From Chloroflexota bacterium (GTDB lineage Bacteria > Chloroflexota > Dehalococcoidia > Bin125), in NCBI GenBank assembly GCA_009838915.1, contig VXQT01000011.1:76835-140834 (forward strand): a DNA stretch of 64,000 nt. The letters are read 5' to 3'. Below the pieces are notes generated by a model. That model was not told the DNA's origin and searched no databases. It saw only the letters and a program-made list of their open reading frames with translations. Of this stretch, positions 46,306 to 57,454 are shown piece by piece. Each line of letters starts with the position of its first letter. The first letter of the stretch is position 1. The position numbers were made by a program, and so were the translations under genes.

Positions 46306-47340
46306 TCAGAGCGGCTCAATGTCCTGGCTCCGGCCCGTGTTCCACGACTCCCAGACGGCGTCGGTGAAGCGCATGTATCGGACGCCGTCTTCGAAGCTGG
46401 TCAGGGTGACGGGGGCGCCGTTGCGGACTGAGTTGATGAAGTCGGCCTCGACTTGCCAGCCGTGGGCGGTGCCGGGATCGGGGTGGATCTCCTGCGGGTC
46501 TTCGCCGTGCTTACCCCACTCGCCGGTGTCGCCGAAGCGCCAGTGCAGCCGACCCTCGGAGCCGTAGATGTCGATCGCCGGCGGTTGCGGCGCGCCCTCG
46601 GTCACGGCGCTGACGCGGTAGGTGCAGCGCGCGCCGTTGGCCATGTCGGCGAAGATGCCCAGGCTGTCGGGAATCTCGATGTGATGGCGCTCCCCGGTCT
46701 CCTCGTCGATTCGTGAAGGGACGAAGGTACGCGCGTGCGCAGTCACTCTCGTTGTGTCGCCGAGCCAGCGCTGGATTGTCTCGTTGAAGATGCCGAGCTG
46801 CATCATGTTATGTCCGGAGTAGTCGCTTCGGTGACGCCAGTGCAGCGGTCCCGAGTCATCCAGACCCGACCCGTTGAGCAGCGTCAGATGGACTTCGAGA
46901 ATGCTCCCCAGCGAGCCGTCTTCGCAGAGCCGCTTGATGGTCTTGCCCAGGCGGAAGTCGAACGGCGCCGGCACAAGTTGTGCGACCAGGTCGGGATGCT
47001 GCCGGCTGATCGCCAACATCGCTTCGCCCTCGGTCGCGTTGGACGCCATCCGCGCCTCGCAGAGCACGTGCTTGCCCGCTTCCAGCGCTGCCCGCGTGTA
47101 CTCCAGGTGCATGTACGGCCAGGTGCCGATGCTGACCGCGTCGACATCGGGATCCGCGAGCAGCTCCTCGACCGAGTCCGACACTCTGGGGATGTCCCAC
47201 TCGGCCGCGACCCGCTCGCCCGACTCGCGGGAGCGGTTGACCACGTTGACGATCTTTATGTCGTCGATTTCGCGGAAGCCGGGGATGTGCCGCAGCTTCT
47301 GATTGCCGCCTGCGCCGATCAGTCCGATGCCGAATGCCAT
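46306..47340 (-). CDS. Gfo/Idh/MocA family oxidoreductase
   Basis: GLIGAG, DPDVDAV.IGTWPYMH, GKHVLCEARMA. Confidence 0.9.
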   Translation of the reverse strand: MAFGIGLIGAGGNQKLRHIPGFREIDDIKIVNVVNRSRESGERVAAEWDIPRVSDSVEELLADPDVDAVSIGTWPYMHLEYTRAALEAGKHVLCEARMASNATEGEAMLAISRQHPDLVAQLVPAPFDFRLGKTIKRLCEDGSLGSILEVHLTLLNGSGLDDSGPLHWRHRSDYSGHNMMQLGIFNETIQRWLGDTTRVTAHARTFVPSRIDEETGERHHIEIPDSLGIFADMANGARCTYRVSAVTEGAPQPPAIDIYGSEGRLHWRFGDTGEWGKHGEDPQEIHPDPGTAHGWQVEADFINSVRNGAPVTLTSFEDGVRYMRFTDAVWESWNTGRSQDIEPL

Positions 47341-47464
47341 GGCCGCTGCCCTCCGCTGATTTGCCCGTTGCCCAGGTGTGTGAAGCTTGGCTCAGGGTAG
47401 TCCGAGCCTGTCCTATGCTGCGTGGGAACGAAGTCACCGCATCCCCAACCAAGGAGACCACGAC

Positions 47465-47905
47465 ATGCCGACTGCCAACGAACTGCGAGCCGGACTTGCA
47501 GGTGGACGAGCTGCCCTGCGCGCCGCGATCCAGGCGTCCGCCGACAACTGGGAGACCGCGAAGGGCACGGCCGAGGACGGCGAAGCCGGTTGGTCGCCGC
47601 GCCAGACCGCCGAGCACGTGATCCCCTCCGAGATCATGTTTGCCGGCGGCATCTGCGCCGCCTGCGGCTACGACGGTCCGGAAAACCCGCTTTCGAGCAC
47701 CGAGTTCGCGACCGCCGCCGACGCCGTGGCCGCGCTGGACGCCGTGGAAGCCGCCTGCGACGGCAAGATCAAGCACGTGCAGGACGAGGAACTGGGCAAG
47801 TCGGCCGGCGGCGAAGGCCTGGCCGCGATGCCGGTCGCCGCGCTGCTGGTCGCCGACATCTGGCACCTGACGGATCACGCAGCCCAGATCAGCAACCCCT
47901 TCTAG
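47465..47905 (+). CDS. DinB/YfiT superfamily protein
   Basis: WSPRQTAEHV and WHLTDHAAQI His triad; RBS aaggag. Confidence 0.75.
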   Translation: MPTANELRAGLAGGRAALRAAIQASADNWETAKGTAEDGEAGWSPRQTAEHVIPSEIMFAGGICAACGYDGPENPLSSTEFATAADAVAALDAVEAACDGKIKHVQDEELGKSAGGEGLAAMPVAALLVADIWHLTDHAAQISNPF

Positions 47906-47923
47906 CTGCGGGAACCGATCGAA

Positions 47924-48121
47924 ATGCTGCGAATCACCACCGTCGCGCTGTCGCTGATCGTTGCCGTCCTGCTGGGCGGCGCGGCGATGGCGGCCGGCGG
48001 CGAAGGCGGGGGCGGACTGCACGCGGGCCAGATCGTCGCCATGGTGATCGGCATCGCCTTGGCCGCCATCCTGCTCGCGCTCTCCGCCGCCTACATCCTG
48101 CCCAAGCCGCCCAAGTTCTAA
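47924..48121 (+). CDS. Small membrane protein (signal-like segment plus one TM helix)
   Basis: 65 aa, two hydrophobic stretches, fills the gap between same-strand genes. Confidence 0.6.
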   Translation: MLRITTVALSLIVAVLLGGAAMAAGGEGGGGLHAGQIVAMVIGIALAAILLALSAAYILPKPPKF

Positions 48122-48127
48122 GCGCCC

Positions 48128-48781
48128 ATGCCCGACGAAGCGCCGAGTGACCCGCCCTTCGAGGAGGGTCACTTCCGGCGTGTCGACGAGTCGGACGACG
48201 CGGGCTTCTACGTCGAGCCGCGACTGGTCACGCACATCGACGACGACGCTATCGGCGCACTCCGCGAACACTACTCCAGGTTCCTTCCGAAGCAGGGGCG
48301 CCTGCTCGACCTGATGTCGTCGTGGGTCTCGCACTATCCCGACGGCCTCGAATCGGAGCTGGTGGCCGGGCTTGGCATGAACGCCGAGGAGCTGGCCGAG
48401 AACCCGCAGCTCACCGAGTGGGTCGTCCACGACCTCAACGCCGACCCGGTCCTCCCCTACGGCGACGGCGAGTTCGACGTCGTCACGATCGCAGTCTCGG
48501 TGCAGTACCTGACGCGCCCGCTGGAGGTCTTCCGCGAGATCGGCCGGGTGCTCCGCCCAGGCGGAGGCTGCATCGTCTCCTTCTCGAACCGCTGCTTCCC
48601 GACCAAGGCGGTCCGCCTCTGGCAAGGCATGGGCGACGAAGGCCACGTCCAGATGGTCGGCGCCTACTTCCACTACTCAGGCGCCTTCGACCCACCCCAG
48701 TGGCACGACATCTCGCCGGCCAAGGGTCGGAGCGACCCCATGTACGTCGTGCAGTCGCGGACGCCGTCAGTTGCAGAGTGA
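48128..48781 (+). CDS. Class I SAM-dependent methyltransferase
   Basis: FY.EPRLVTHIDD, LDLMSSWVSH, VSVQYLTRP, SFSNRCFPTKA. Confidence 0.9.
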   Translation: MPDEAPSDPPFEEGHFRRVDESDDAGFYVEPRLVTHIDDDAIGALREHYSRFLPKQGRLLDLMSSWVSHYPDGLESELVAGLGMNAEELAENPQLTEWVVHDLNADPVLPYGDGEFDVVTIAVSVQYLTRPLEVFREIGRVLRPGGGCIVSFSNRCFPTKAVRLWQGMGDEGHVQMVGAYFHYSGAFDPPQWHDISPAKGRSDPMYVVQSRTPSVAE

Positions 48782-48905
48782 TGCCGGGTCCTCGGGCAGC
48801 CGGATCCGGGTTGACATTGCTGCACTGCTCCTTACGCCGCTTGATCAATGCCTTCAAGATGTCTCGGCGCCTGAGCAAGGGTCGGACAGAGCGTGAGCGG
48901 AACCC

Positions 48906-49847
48906 CTAGCGAAACTCCGGGATCACCGTCTCCGCGAACATCTGGGCCGGCTCGATGGTGTCTCGGCCGAAGAACTCGATCATGAACATGTCGCAGCCGA
49001 GCTCGACGTGGCGGTTGATGCGCTCTTTGATCATGGCCGGGGTTCCGGTCAGGGCCATGTCTCCGGCGGGGTTGCCCATGTGACCGCCGAAGATCTTCTG
49101 GGCTCGCTCGACCATCGGGCCTACCTTCTCGTCGTCCTCGACGATCGTGACCAGGCACTGCTGCGAGACGCGGATCTCGGACGGGTCGCGGCCGAGGCGC
49201 TCGGCGTGGCCGTGGAGGACCGAGACCTTGTGCTCGAGGTCGTCCTGCGAGCCGGCCGAGTTGTTCCAGATGTCGGCGTACTGCGCTGCGATGCGCATGG
49301 TCACTTTTTCGCCGCCGCCGCCAACGAGGATCGGCATGTCGCGCGGGGGCTTGGGCTGGGTGACGAGGTTCTCGGTGTGGAAGTACTCGCCCTCGAAGGA
49401 GAACTCGTCCTGGTCGGGGTCGAACATGCCCTTGAAGATCTGCAGGCCCTCTTCGAGCTGGCGCAGGCGGTCGCGCGTTGAGACGAAGGGCATGCCGAAA
49501 TCGGAGAACTCGCGGGCCATCCAGCCGGAGCCGAAGCCGGGGATGATGCGTCCGCCGGCGATGTTGTCGACGGTGGCGATCATCTTGCCGGTATGGGCCG
49601 GGTTGCGCATGCCGACGGGCGTGACGAGCGTGCCGATTTCCGGCTTCTCGGTCACGGCGGCGATGCCGGCGGCCAGGGTCCAGGCCTCGAGCATGGGAAT
49701 GGCCGGCGACTGCGGGCCGTAGAGGTGGTCGTTGACCCAGAGCGAGTCGAAGCCCATCTCCTCAAAGGCCGAGGCCGCGCGTTGCGTCTCCTGCCAGGTG
49801 CGCTTGATCTGGGGAACCATGACGCCAAAGTGGGGGCTGTTGCTCAT
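48906..49847 (-). CDS. LLM-class flavin/F420-dependent oxidoreductase
   Basis: GFDSLWVNDHL, LEAWT, RNPA..GKM.ATVD.I.GGR, PILVGGGGEK; start re-assigned to ATG 49847. Confidence 0.9.
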   Translation of the reverse strand: MSNSPHFGVMVPQIKRTWQETQRAASAFEEMGFDSLWVNDHLYGPQSPAIPMLEAWTLAAGIAAVTEKPEIGTLVTPVGMRNPAHTGKMIATVDNIAGGRIIPGFGSGWMAREFSDFGMPFVSTRDRLRQLEEGLQIFKGMFDPDQDEFSFEGEYFHTENLVTQPKPPRDMPILVGGGGEKVTMRIAAQYADIWNNSAGSQDDLEHKVSVLHGHAERLGRDPSEIRVSQQCLVTIVEDDEKVGPMVERAQKIFGGHMGNPAGDMALTGTPAMIKERINRHVELGCDMFMIEFFGRDTIEPAQMFAETVIPEFR

Positions 49848-49911
49848 GTTGGGGGAATCCTCTCGGAGAGTTCGTGATTTGCGAGCAGGGTAGCGCAGGG
49901 TCAGAGAGAGG

Positions 49912-49947
49912 CACCACGAAGCCCCGCAGGGGCGGGGCTTCGTGGTG
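49912..49947 (-). terminator. Strong hairpin downstream of aceA (probable terminator)
   Basis: caccacgaagccccgc-aggg-gcggggcttcgtggtg, 16-bp perfect stem 18 nt after the aceA stop; no clear U-tract. Confidence 0.65.
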
Positions 49948-49965
49948 ATTGACGGAGGTCGGAGC

Positions 49966-51294
49966 CTAGTGGGCGGGAACGGCTTCCTCGCTGAACTGGG
50001 CGGCCTCGGTCGACCCGCTGAGCGCGGTGGTCGCGGCGTCGCCGCCGGTGACCGTGAGCAGGATCTCGTCGAAGTAGGAGGTGCCTGCTTCGCGCTGGTG
50101 CTTGGTCGCGGTGTAGCCGTGAGCCTCGGCCTCGAACTCGCCTTCCTGCAGCTCGACGTAGGCGGACATACCGCGGTCGCGATAGCCGGAGGCGAGGTTG
50201 AAGGTGTGGTAGTTGATCCCGTGCCAGCCGGCCAGCGTGATGAACTGGAAGCGGTAACCCATGTCGGCCAACTGCTCCTGGAAGTTCGCGATGGTGGCGT
50301 CGTCAAGGTGACGCTTCCAGTTGAACGAGGGCGAGCAGTTGTAGGCGAGCATCTTGTTCGGGTACTCGGCCTGCAGCGCCTGGGCAAAGTCGCGCGCCTC
50401 GCCGATATCGGGCACGGAGGTTTCGCACCAGATCAGGTCTGCGTGCGGCGCGAAGGCGAGTCCGCGCGCGATGGCGGAGTCGATCCCGCCGGTGACGCCG
50501 AAGTAGCCCTCGGCGGTGCGCTCGCCGGTGGTGAACGGCCGGTCACGCTCGTCGATGTCGGTGGTCATCAGCGTGGCCGACAGCGCATCGGTGCGGGCCA
50601 TCAGGATCGTTGGGACGTTCATGACGTCGGCGGCGAGCCGGGCGGCCTGCAGGGTGCGGACATGCTGTGCGGTCGGGACGAGCACCTTGCCGCCCATGTG
50701 GCCGCACTTCTTCTCGGCCGCGAGCTGGTCCTCGTAGTGGACGCCGGCGGCGCCCGCTTCGATCATGTTGCGCATCAGCTCGAAGGCGTGGATCGGCCCG
50801 CCGAAGCCGGCCTCGGCGTCGGCGACGATCGGCAGGTAGTAGTCGACGCTGGGGCGGTCCTCCAGGCGGTCGACCTGGTCGGCGCGCATCAGCGCGTTGT
50901 TCAGCCGCTTGACCAGCGAAGGCACACTGTTGACCGGGTAGAGCGACTGGTCGGGATAGGTGTGGGCGGCGGTGTTGGCGTCGGCCGCGACCTGCCAGCC
51001 GGAGACGTAGATCGACTGCAGGCCAGCCTTGGCCATCTGCACCGCCTGCGCGCCGGTGACGGCGCCGAAGGTGCGGACGAACTCGGTGTCCTGCATCGCA
51101 TTCCAGAGCCGCTCGGCGCCGTAGCGCGCGATGGTCGACTCGGGCAGCAGCGAGGGGCGCAGCTTGAGTACGTCGGCGGCGGAATAGTTCCGCTGCACGC
51201 CGTCCCAGCGCGGGTTCGTCGCCCACTCGTGCGCGAGTGCGGCGGCGGCGCTGTCCAGCGGGTTGCCGGTCCCGTTCGTGCCGTTCGTCGTCAT
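49966..51294 (-). CDS. aceA: Isocitrate lyase
   Basis: [27 protein letters not shown] signature, [10 protein letters not shown]. Confidence 0.97.
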   Translation of the reverse strand: MTTNGTNGTGNPLDSAAAALAHEWATNPRWDGVQRNYSAADVLKLRPSLLPESTIARYGAERLWNAMQDTEFVRTFGAVTGAQAVQMAKAGLQSIYVSGWQVAADANTAAHTYPDQSLYPVNSVPSLVKRLNNALMRADQVDRLEDRPSVDYYLPIVADAEAGFGGPIHAFELMRNMIEAGAAGVHYEDQLAAEKKCGHMGGKVLVPTAQHVRTLQAARLAADVMNVPTILMARTDALSATLMTTDIDERDRPFTTGERTAEGYFGVTGGIDSAIARGLAFAPHADLIWCETSVPDIGEARDFAQALQAEYPNKMLAYNCSPSFNWKRHLDDATIANFQEQLADMGYRFQFITLAGWHGINYHTFNLASGYRDRGMSAYVELQEGEFEAEAHGYTATKHQREAGTSYFDEILLTVTGGDAATTALSGSTEAAQFSEEAVPAH

Positions 51295-51416
51295 CGGGGT
51301 CCTCCGTGGCGGTCCGTGTCCGATCCGTGGCGTCGGATCACGTCTCTTGGCGGCAGTTTGTTGCCGTTGTGCCCGTTCGTTGTGTGCGCGTGCGCGCGCC
51401 GGTTGTGTTGGCCTGC

Positions 51417-53012
51417 CTAGTCGAGATACTCGTAGGCGGGCAGCGTGAGAAACTCCGTGAACTCGTCATTCAAGACGAGTTGGTCAAGAATCTCGACGGC
51501 GTCGCCGTAGCGCGACTCGCCGCGTCCACCGAGCGCGGCGAGTTCGTCGTCGCGCAGCGATTCGTAGAGGTCGGAGGTGACGGAGCGGCCGTCGTCAAGC
51601 TCTGCGCCGTGGCGGATCCACTGCCAGATCTGGCCGCGCGAGATCTCGGCGGTGGCTGCGTCCTCCATCAGGTTGTTGATGCCCGCCGCGCCGACGCCGT
51701 TGAGCCAACTGTTGATGTACTGCAGGGCGACGGAGATATTGGCTCGCAGCCCGGCTTCGGAGACGCTGCCGCCTGATTGATCCAGCGAGACGAGCTCACC
51801 GGCGCTGACGTCCACGTCCTCGCGCATGCGTTCGCGCTGGTTGCGCGCGCCGCCCAGGTTCGTCTCGAAGATGTCGCGGGCGACGGAGACCAGGTCGGGA
51901 TGGGCGACCCAGGTGCCGTCGAAGCCGTCGGTCGACTCGCGTTCCTTGTCGGCGCGGACGCCGGTCAGCGCGACCTCGTTGATCTCGGGGTCGCGGCGCG
52001 AGGGAATGAACGCGGCCATGCCGCCCATGGCGTGTGCGCCGCGCTTGTGGCAGGTGCGCACCAGTAGTTCGGTGTAGGCGCGCATAAACGGAGTCGTCAT
52101 CGTGACCTGCACGCGATCGGGCAGGGTGAAGGTCGGCTGCGACTTGAAGCGCTTGACGGCGGAGAAGATGTAGTCCCAGCGTCCGGCGTTGAGCCCGGCC
52201 GAGTGGTCGCGCAGCTCGTAGAGAATCTCTTCCATCTCGAACGCGGCCGGCAGCGTTTCGATCAGCACCGTCGCGCGGATACTGCCCTGCGGCACGCCGA
52301 GGTCGTCCTGCGCCTTGACGAACGCATCGTTCCAGAGCCGCGCTTCGAGGTGCGACTCCAGCTTGGGCAGGTAGAAGTAGGGACCGGTGCCGCGTGCGAT
52401 GCGCTCGGCGGCGTTGTGGAACATGTACATACCGAAGTCGAACAGCGATGCGCAGATCGGCTGGCCGTCGACCAGCACGTGCTTCTCATCCAGGTGCCAG
52501 CCGCGCGGCCGGATCAGCAGCGTGGCGATCTGCTCGTTCAGGGTGCGGACGGAACCGTCGGGGTTCTCGAAGGAGATCTCGCGGCGGACCGCGTCGCGGG
52601 CGTTGATCTGGCCGTTGACGATGTTGTCCCAGGTGGGTGAGAGCGCGTCCTCGAAGTCGGCCATGAACGCGTCGGCGCCCGAGTTAAGGGCGCCGATCAT
52701 CATCTTGCGGTCGACCGGTCCAGTGATCTCGGCCCAGCGCTGCTGCAGGTCTTCGGGGGTCGGCGCGACCTGCCAGGAGCTGAAACGGATTTCCTCAGTG
52801 TCGGAAAGGAAATCGGGCAGCGCGCCGTTGTCGAACTCGACCTGGCGCTCCATGCGCCGCTGAAGCAACTCCTGCCGTCGCGCGTTGAACTGTCGGTGCA
52901 ACCCGGCGACGAAGGCCAGCGCATCTTCGCTCAGGATGGTCTCAAAGCCGTCACTGATCGCGCCGACGATTTCCACGCCGGCTGGTGTGCTGAGTTCGGT
53001 CGTCTGGGTCAT
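51417..53012 (-). CDS. aceB: Malate synthase A
   Basis: [49 protein letters not shown]. Confidence 0.96.
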   Translation of the reverse strand: MTQTTELSTPAGVEIVGAISDGFETILSEDALAFVAGLHRQFNARRQELLQRRMERQVEFDNGALPDFLSDTEEIRFSSWQVAPTPEDLQQRWAEITGPVDRKMMIGALNSGADAFMADFEDALSPTWDNIVNGQINARDAVRREISFENPDGSVRTLNEQIATLLIRPRGWHLDEKHVLVDGQPICASLFDFGMYMFHNAAERIARGTGPYFYLPKLESHLEARLWNDAFVKAQDDLGVPQGSIRATVLIETLPAAFEMEEILYELRDHSAGLNAGRWDYIFSAVKRFKSQPTFTLPDRVQVTMTTPFMRAYTELLVRTCHKRGAHAMGGMAAFIPSRRDPEINEVALTGVRADKERESTDGFDGTWVAHPDLVSVARDIFETNLGGARNQRERMREDVDVSAGELVSLDQSGGSVSEAGLRANISVALQYINSWLNGVGAAGINNLMEDAATAEISRGQIWQWIRHGAELDDGRSVTSDLYESLRDDELAALGGRGESRYGDAVEILDQLVLNDEFTEFLTLPAYEYLD

Positions 53013-53084
53013 CGGTGCTGCTCGGTTCTTCGGCCAGTGCTCGGGGTCGCTGCTCGGGCGCGCCTCACTTGTGAACGTTGGATT

Positions 53085-53130
53085 AAGGTAGGCAACCTAC
53101 GGCAATCGTCAATAGCAACGGGCAATTGCC
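53085..53130 (-). promoter_or_regulatory. Putative aceBA promoter with overlapping GCAA repeats and a palindrome
   Basis: Minus-strand TTGACG-N16-TACCTT (53112 to 53085); GCAA at 53092, 53102, 53115, 53122; palindrome GGCAATTGCC 53121-53130. Confidence 0.5.
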
Positions 53131-53249
53131 ATAGAAACTTTTTGTAGCGTAAGAAATCAGGTCGATATCCGGCGTGTCTCTATAGATAACCGAGACCGTG
53201 CCAATCAGCCTAGAATAGGCATCCGTTAGCACAGGCAGGAGCTTGAGCC

Positions 53250-53846
53250 ATGTCCACCAGCCCAGACCAGGCGAAGACATCCGTCGGACCGTACAGGGTT
53301 TCCGGCATCAACCACCTGGCGTTGGTTTGCCGCGACATGCAGCAAACCGTCGACTTCTACGAAGGCGTGCTCGGTTTCCCGCTGGTCAAGACGATCGAGC
53401 TGCCCGGTGACATGGGCCAACACTTCTTCTTCGACATCGGCAACGGCGACTGTCTGGCGTTCTTCAACTTTCCGACCGCGCCCGACGCCGTACCCGGCGT
53501 CTCCTCGCCTGATCCGGACACGTTCTTCGATCCGGCCGCCGAACTGGTCACGGCGATTGGGTCGATGAATCACGTCGCCTTCAACGTCGCGCCTGAAGAG
53601 ATTGAGGCCGCGCGGGATCGATTGGTCGATGCCGGCATCCGCTGTACGCCAATCATCAATCACGACGACTCGGACCGGGGAATCGCGCGGGAGAACCATT
53701 CCGGCGTCTTTGTGCGCTCGGTCTACTTCACCGATCCCGACGGGATCATGCTGGAGTTCGCCGCCTGGACCCGGGCGATGCGGCCCGAGGACGTACGCCA
53801 CGCTCCGGCGAGAGCGGCGGAGTCCGTTGCCGTGCTCGCCGACTGA
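53250..53846 (+). CDS. VOC (glyoxalase/bleomycin resistance) family protein
   Basis: GINHLAL, FYEGVLG, MNHVAF, SVYFTDPDGIMLE. Confidence 0.92.
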   Translation: MSTSPDQAKTSVGPYRVSGINHLALVCRDMQQTVDFYEGVLGFPLVKTIELPGDMGQHFFFDIGNGDCLAFFNFPTAPDAVPGVSSPDPDTFFDPAAELVTAIGSMNHVAFNVAPEEIEAARDRLVDAGIRCTPIINHDDSDRGIARENHSGVFVRSVYFTDPDGIMLEFAAWTRAMRPEDVRHAPARAAESVAVLAD

Positions 53847-54005
53847 GCGCGAAACGTCCGGACCGTCTGCGGCACCGCGGAACCGGCCGCATCTCTTCTG
53901 AAACGTGGTTGACGGTCTCCGCCACGCGGAGCGCGGCACGTATCCCAGGTCGCACAAACCAAGTACAGCGCATCGCAGTTCTTCGTCGCTGGGACTTGCA
54001 CTCCG

Positions 54006-54031
54006 GGAACAAAGCCGCGTCGGTTTTCGTA
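54006..54031 (+). promoter_or_regulatory. Putative ECF sigma promoter GGAAC-N17-CGTA
   Basis: ggaac aaagccgcgtcggtttt cgta, ending 77 nt upstream of the sigma factor ATG. Confidence 0.45.
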
Positions 54032-54108
54032 CTGTTGATGAGCGCGTTGACTCGCTGGTGCACGGAGCATCGAGCGAAGTCGGCAGCACTTGAAGAAAGG
54101 GGGATCGG

Positions 54109-55734
<1,626 letters not shown>

Positions 55735-55791
55735 GCCGCCCGTTCCCGTCTCCCCTCTCTCCTCGGGGAGATGCGTGGTCGGCCCGTTCCT

Positions 55792-55837
55792 CTCTCCCCC
55801 CGCTCCGCGGGGGGAGATGCCGAAGGCAGAGGGGGGC
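55792..55837. repeat. Family A palindromic repeat upstream of tRNA
   Basis: ctctccccccgctccgcggggggagatgccgaaggcagaggggggc; degenerate half copy at about 55749-55773. Confidence 0.9.
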
Positions 55838-55858
55838 AGGCTAAGCTGAGCCGAGCGA

Positions 55859-55933
55859 GCGGGGGTAGCTCAGGGGTAGAGCTCCTGCCTTCCAAGCAGG
55901 TGGCCGCGGGTTCGAATCCCGTCCCCCGCTCCA
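55859..55933 (+). tRNA. tRNA-Gly(TCC)
   Basis: Acceptor gcggggg/cccccgc, D-arm tagctcag..gtagagc, anticodon arm cctgc-cttccaa-gcagg, T-loop ttcgaat, encoded CCA. Confidence 0.96.
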
Positions 55934-55936
55934 GCC

Positions 55937-56389
55937 TTACTCCAGCGGGAGGTAGATCTCGGTGAGCCACTTCGAGGGGTCGGGCTCGGCCTCGGGATCG
56001 GTGATGTAGCGCTCGATTGGTCCGCCGGCCGGCGTGCGGCCGATCTCCTGCAGGTGTCCCATCACCAACTCGTGCGTCTGGTGGAGCTGATCGTACGGGC
56101 CATAGTGTTCGGCCTTGATCGCCTCACAGGCAGGCAGCTCCAACAGTTGCAGCGGCTCGGCCGGCTCGACGTCGTCTCCGATCTCGATCCCAGCCGAGAG
56201 AGACATCTGATTGGCGTCCATCGTGTGATAGACCGCCGTCACGTGCCCCATCTCGCTCACGCCCTGCTCGGTCAGGGCGGCGAACACAGCCGGGAAGAGA
56301 CGCTCGAAAGTGGACGGCAGTTCATCTGTCGATGCCTCGGCGTGCATGACCGCCGCCCGGCGATTGGATAGCTGCACGACTTCCGGCAT
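55937..56389 (-). CDS. GyrI-like small-molecule-binding protein
   Basis: HYGPYDQL, PIERYITDP..EPDPSKWLTEIYLP. Confidence 0.85.
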   Translation of the reverse strand: MPEVVQLSNRRAAVMHAEASTDELPSTFERLFPAVFAALTEQGVSEMGHVTAVYHTMDANQMSLSAGIEIGDDVEPAEPLQLLELPACEAIKAEHYGPYDQLHQTHELVMGHLQEIGRTPAGGPIERYITDPEAEPDPSKWLTEIYLPLE

Positions 56390-56424
56390 CCTGCTGCTCC
56401 GATCCGACTCGTCTGAGCCGCATA

Positions 56425-56883
56425 CTAGATCAGCGGCAGCCAGATTTCGGTGTGCCACTTCGACTGGTCAGGCTCGGCGTCGGGCATGGTCAGGTAGCGT
56501 TCAACTACGATTCCCCGCGGCTTGCGATTGACGTGGGACAACTCGGCCTCCATGCCTGCCTGGGTCTGGCGAAAGTCGTCGAACAGGTACGGCCCATAGT
56601 GATCGGCCATGACCGCGTCGCAGCCGCCAAGTTCGAGAAGTGCGAGCGGCTCGCGCGGTTCGAAGTCGTCCGCAACCTCCATGCCTGCGGAGAGCACCAA
56701 CTCTTCCTCGGCAATTGCGTGATAGACCGCGATCACCTGGCCCAACTCGGGCGGACCCTGTTCGCGCAGCGCCTGCCAGATTGCTGGATACATCTCCGCG
56801 AACGCAGCAACAAGCTCGTCTCGAGTGGTCACCGCGTGGAAGACGGCCGCCCGACGCTTCGGCATCCGGCGAATCAGCGGCAC
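56425..56883 (-). CDS. GyrI-like small-molecule-binding protein, tandem paralog
   Basis: HYGPY, VERYLT.P..EPDQSKWHTEIWLP; N-terminus aligns with the neighbour from GTG 56883. Confidence 0.83.
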   Translation of the reverse strand: MPLIRRMPKRRAAVFHAVTTRDELVAAFAEMYPAIWQALREQGPPELGQVIAVYHAIAEEELVLSAGMEVADDFEPREPLALLELGGCDAVMADHYGPYLFDDFRQTQAGMEAELSHVNRKPRGIVVERYLTMPDAEPDQSKWHTEIWLPLI

Positions 56884-57437
56884 TGAATCACTCGCAGCTC
56901 TGTGACAATCACGTCAACTGGTCGGTCGTGCGGCGACTGCGGCAGAGCAGCCCGGAGCTGCGTCTCAAACGCAAGGCCGATAGTGGGCGCAGACGACCGC
57001 GCCAGGAAGCGGTCGTAGTAGCCGCCGCCCATCCCCAATCGATCTCCGGCGGCGGTGAACGCCACGCCGGGCACGATGATCAGGTCTGCTTCGTCCGGTT
57101 CAGCCGGAGGCGCGTGCTCGGGATCGGGCTCCAAGAGTCCGAACGCCGTCTCGAGTAGGTGTGACGTGTCCAGCAGCTCTCGGTGCTCCAGTTGTCCGTG
57201 CGGACGGACCCGAGGACAGAGCACCCGCCTGCGCTCGCGCAGCGCTCCCTCAACGAGTGCCGTCGTCCGCACCTCACCCGGGAGCGCGCCGAGATAGCAA
57301 TGTACGGCCTGCGACCGGGTCCAGATTTCGAGATCGGCGAGCCTGGCGGCGATCGCCTGTGACCAGCCGTCAATGATGTCCGGCGGGAGAGTCGCCCGTA
57401 GGCGTTGCAGCGCCTGACGCAGTTCCGCCTTCGACAC
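56874..57437 (-). CDS. 5-formyltetrahydrofolate cyclo-ligase
   Basis: KAELR, GEVRT, FGLLEP, DLIIVPGVAF...RLGMGGGYYDRFL, HDRPVDVIVTE. Confidence 0.93.
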   Translation of the reverse strand: MSKAELRQALQRLRATLPPDIIDGWSQAIAARLADLEIWTRSQAVHCYLGALPGEVRTTALVEGALRERRRVLCPRVRPHGQLEHRELLDTSHLLETAFGLLEPDPEHAPPAEPDEADLIIVPGVAFTAAGDRLGMGGGYYDRFLARSSAPTIGLAFETQLRAALPQSPHDRPVDVIVTELRVIQCR

Positions 57438-57454
57438 GCCGGATGCCGCAGCGT

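Noticed and set aside
48782-48905. TTGACA in a convergent intergenic region as a possible antisense or sRNA promoter
   Set aside because: No convincing -10 at proper spacing and no structured RNA evident.
55859-55933. Genomic island integrated at tRNA-Gly
   Set aside because: No integrase and no duplicated tRNA 3' end seen in the window.
57438-57454. 6S RNA upstream of the 5-formyl-THF cyclo-ligase gene
   Set aside because: Only 17 nt separate it from the upstream CDS.
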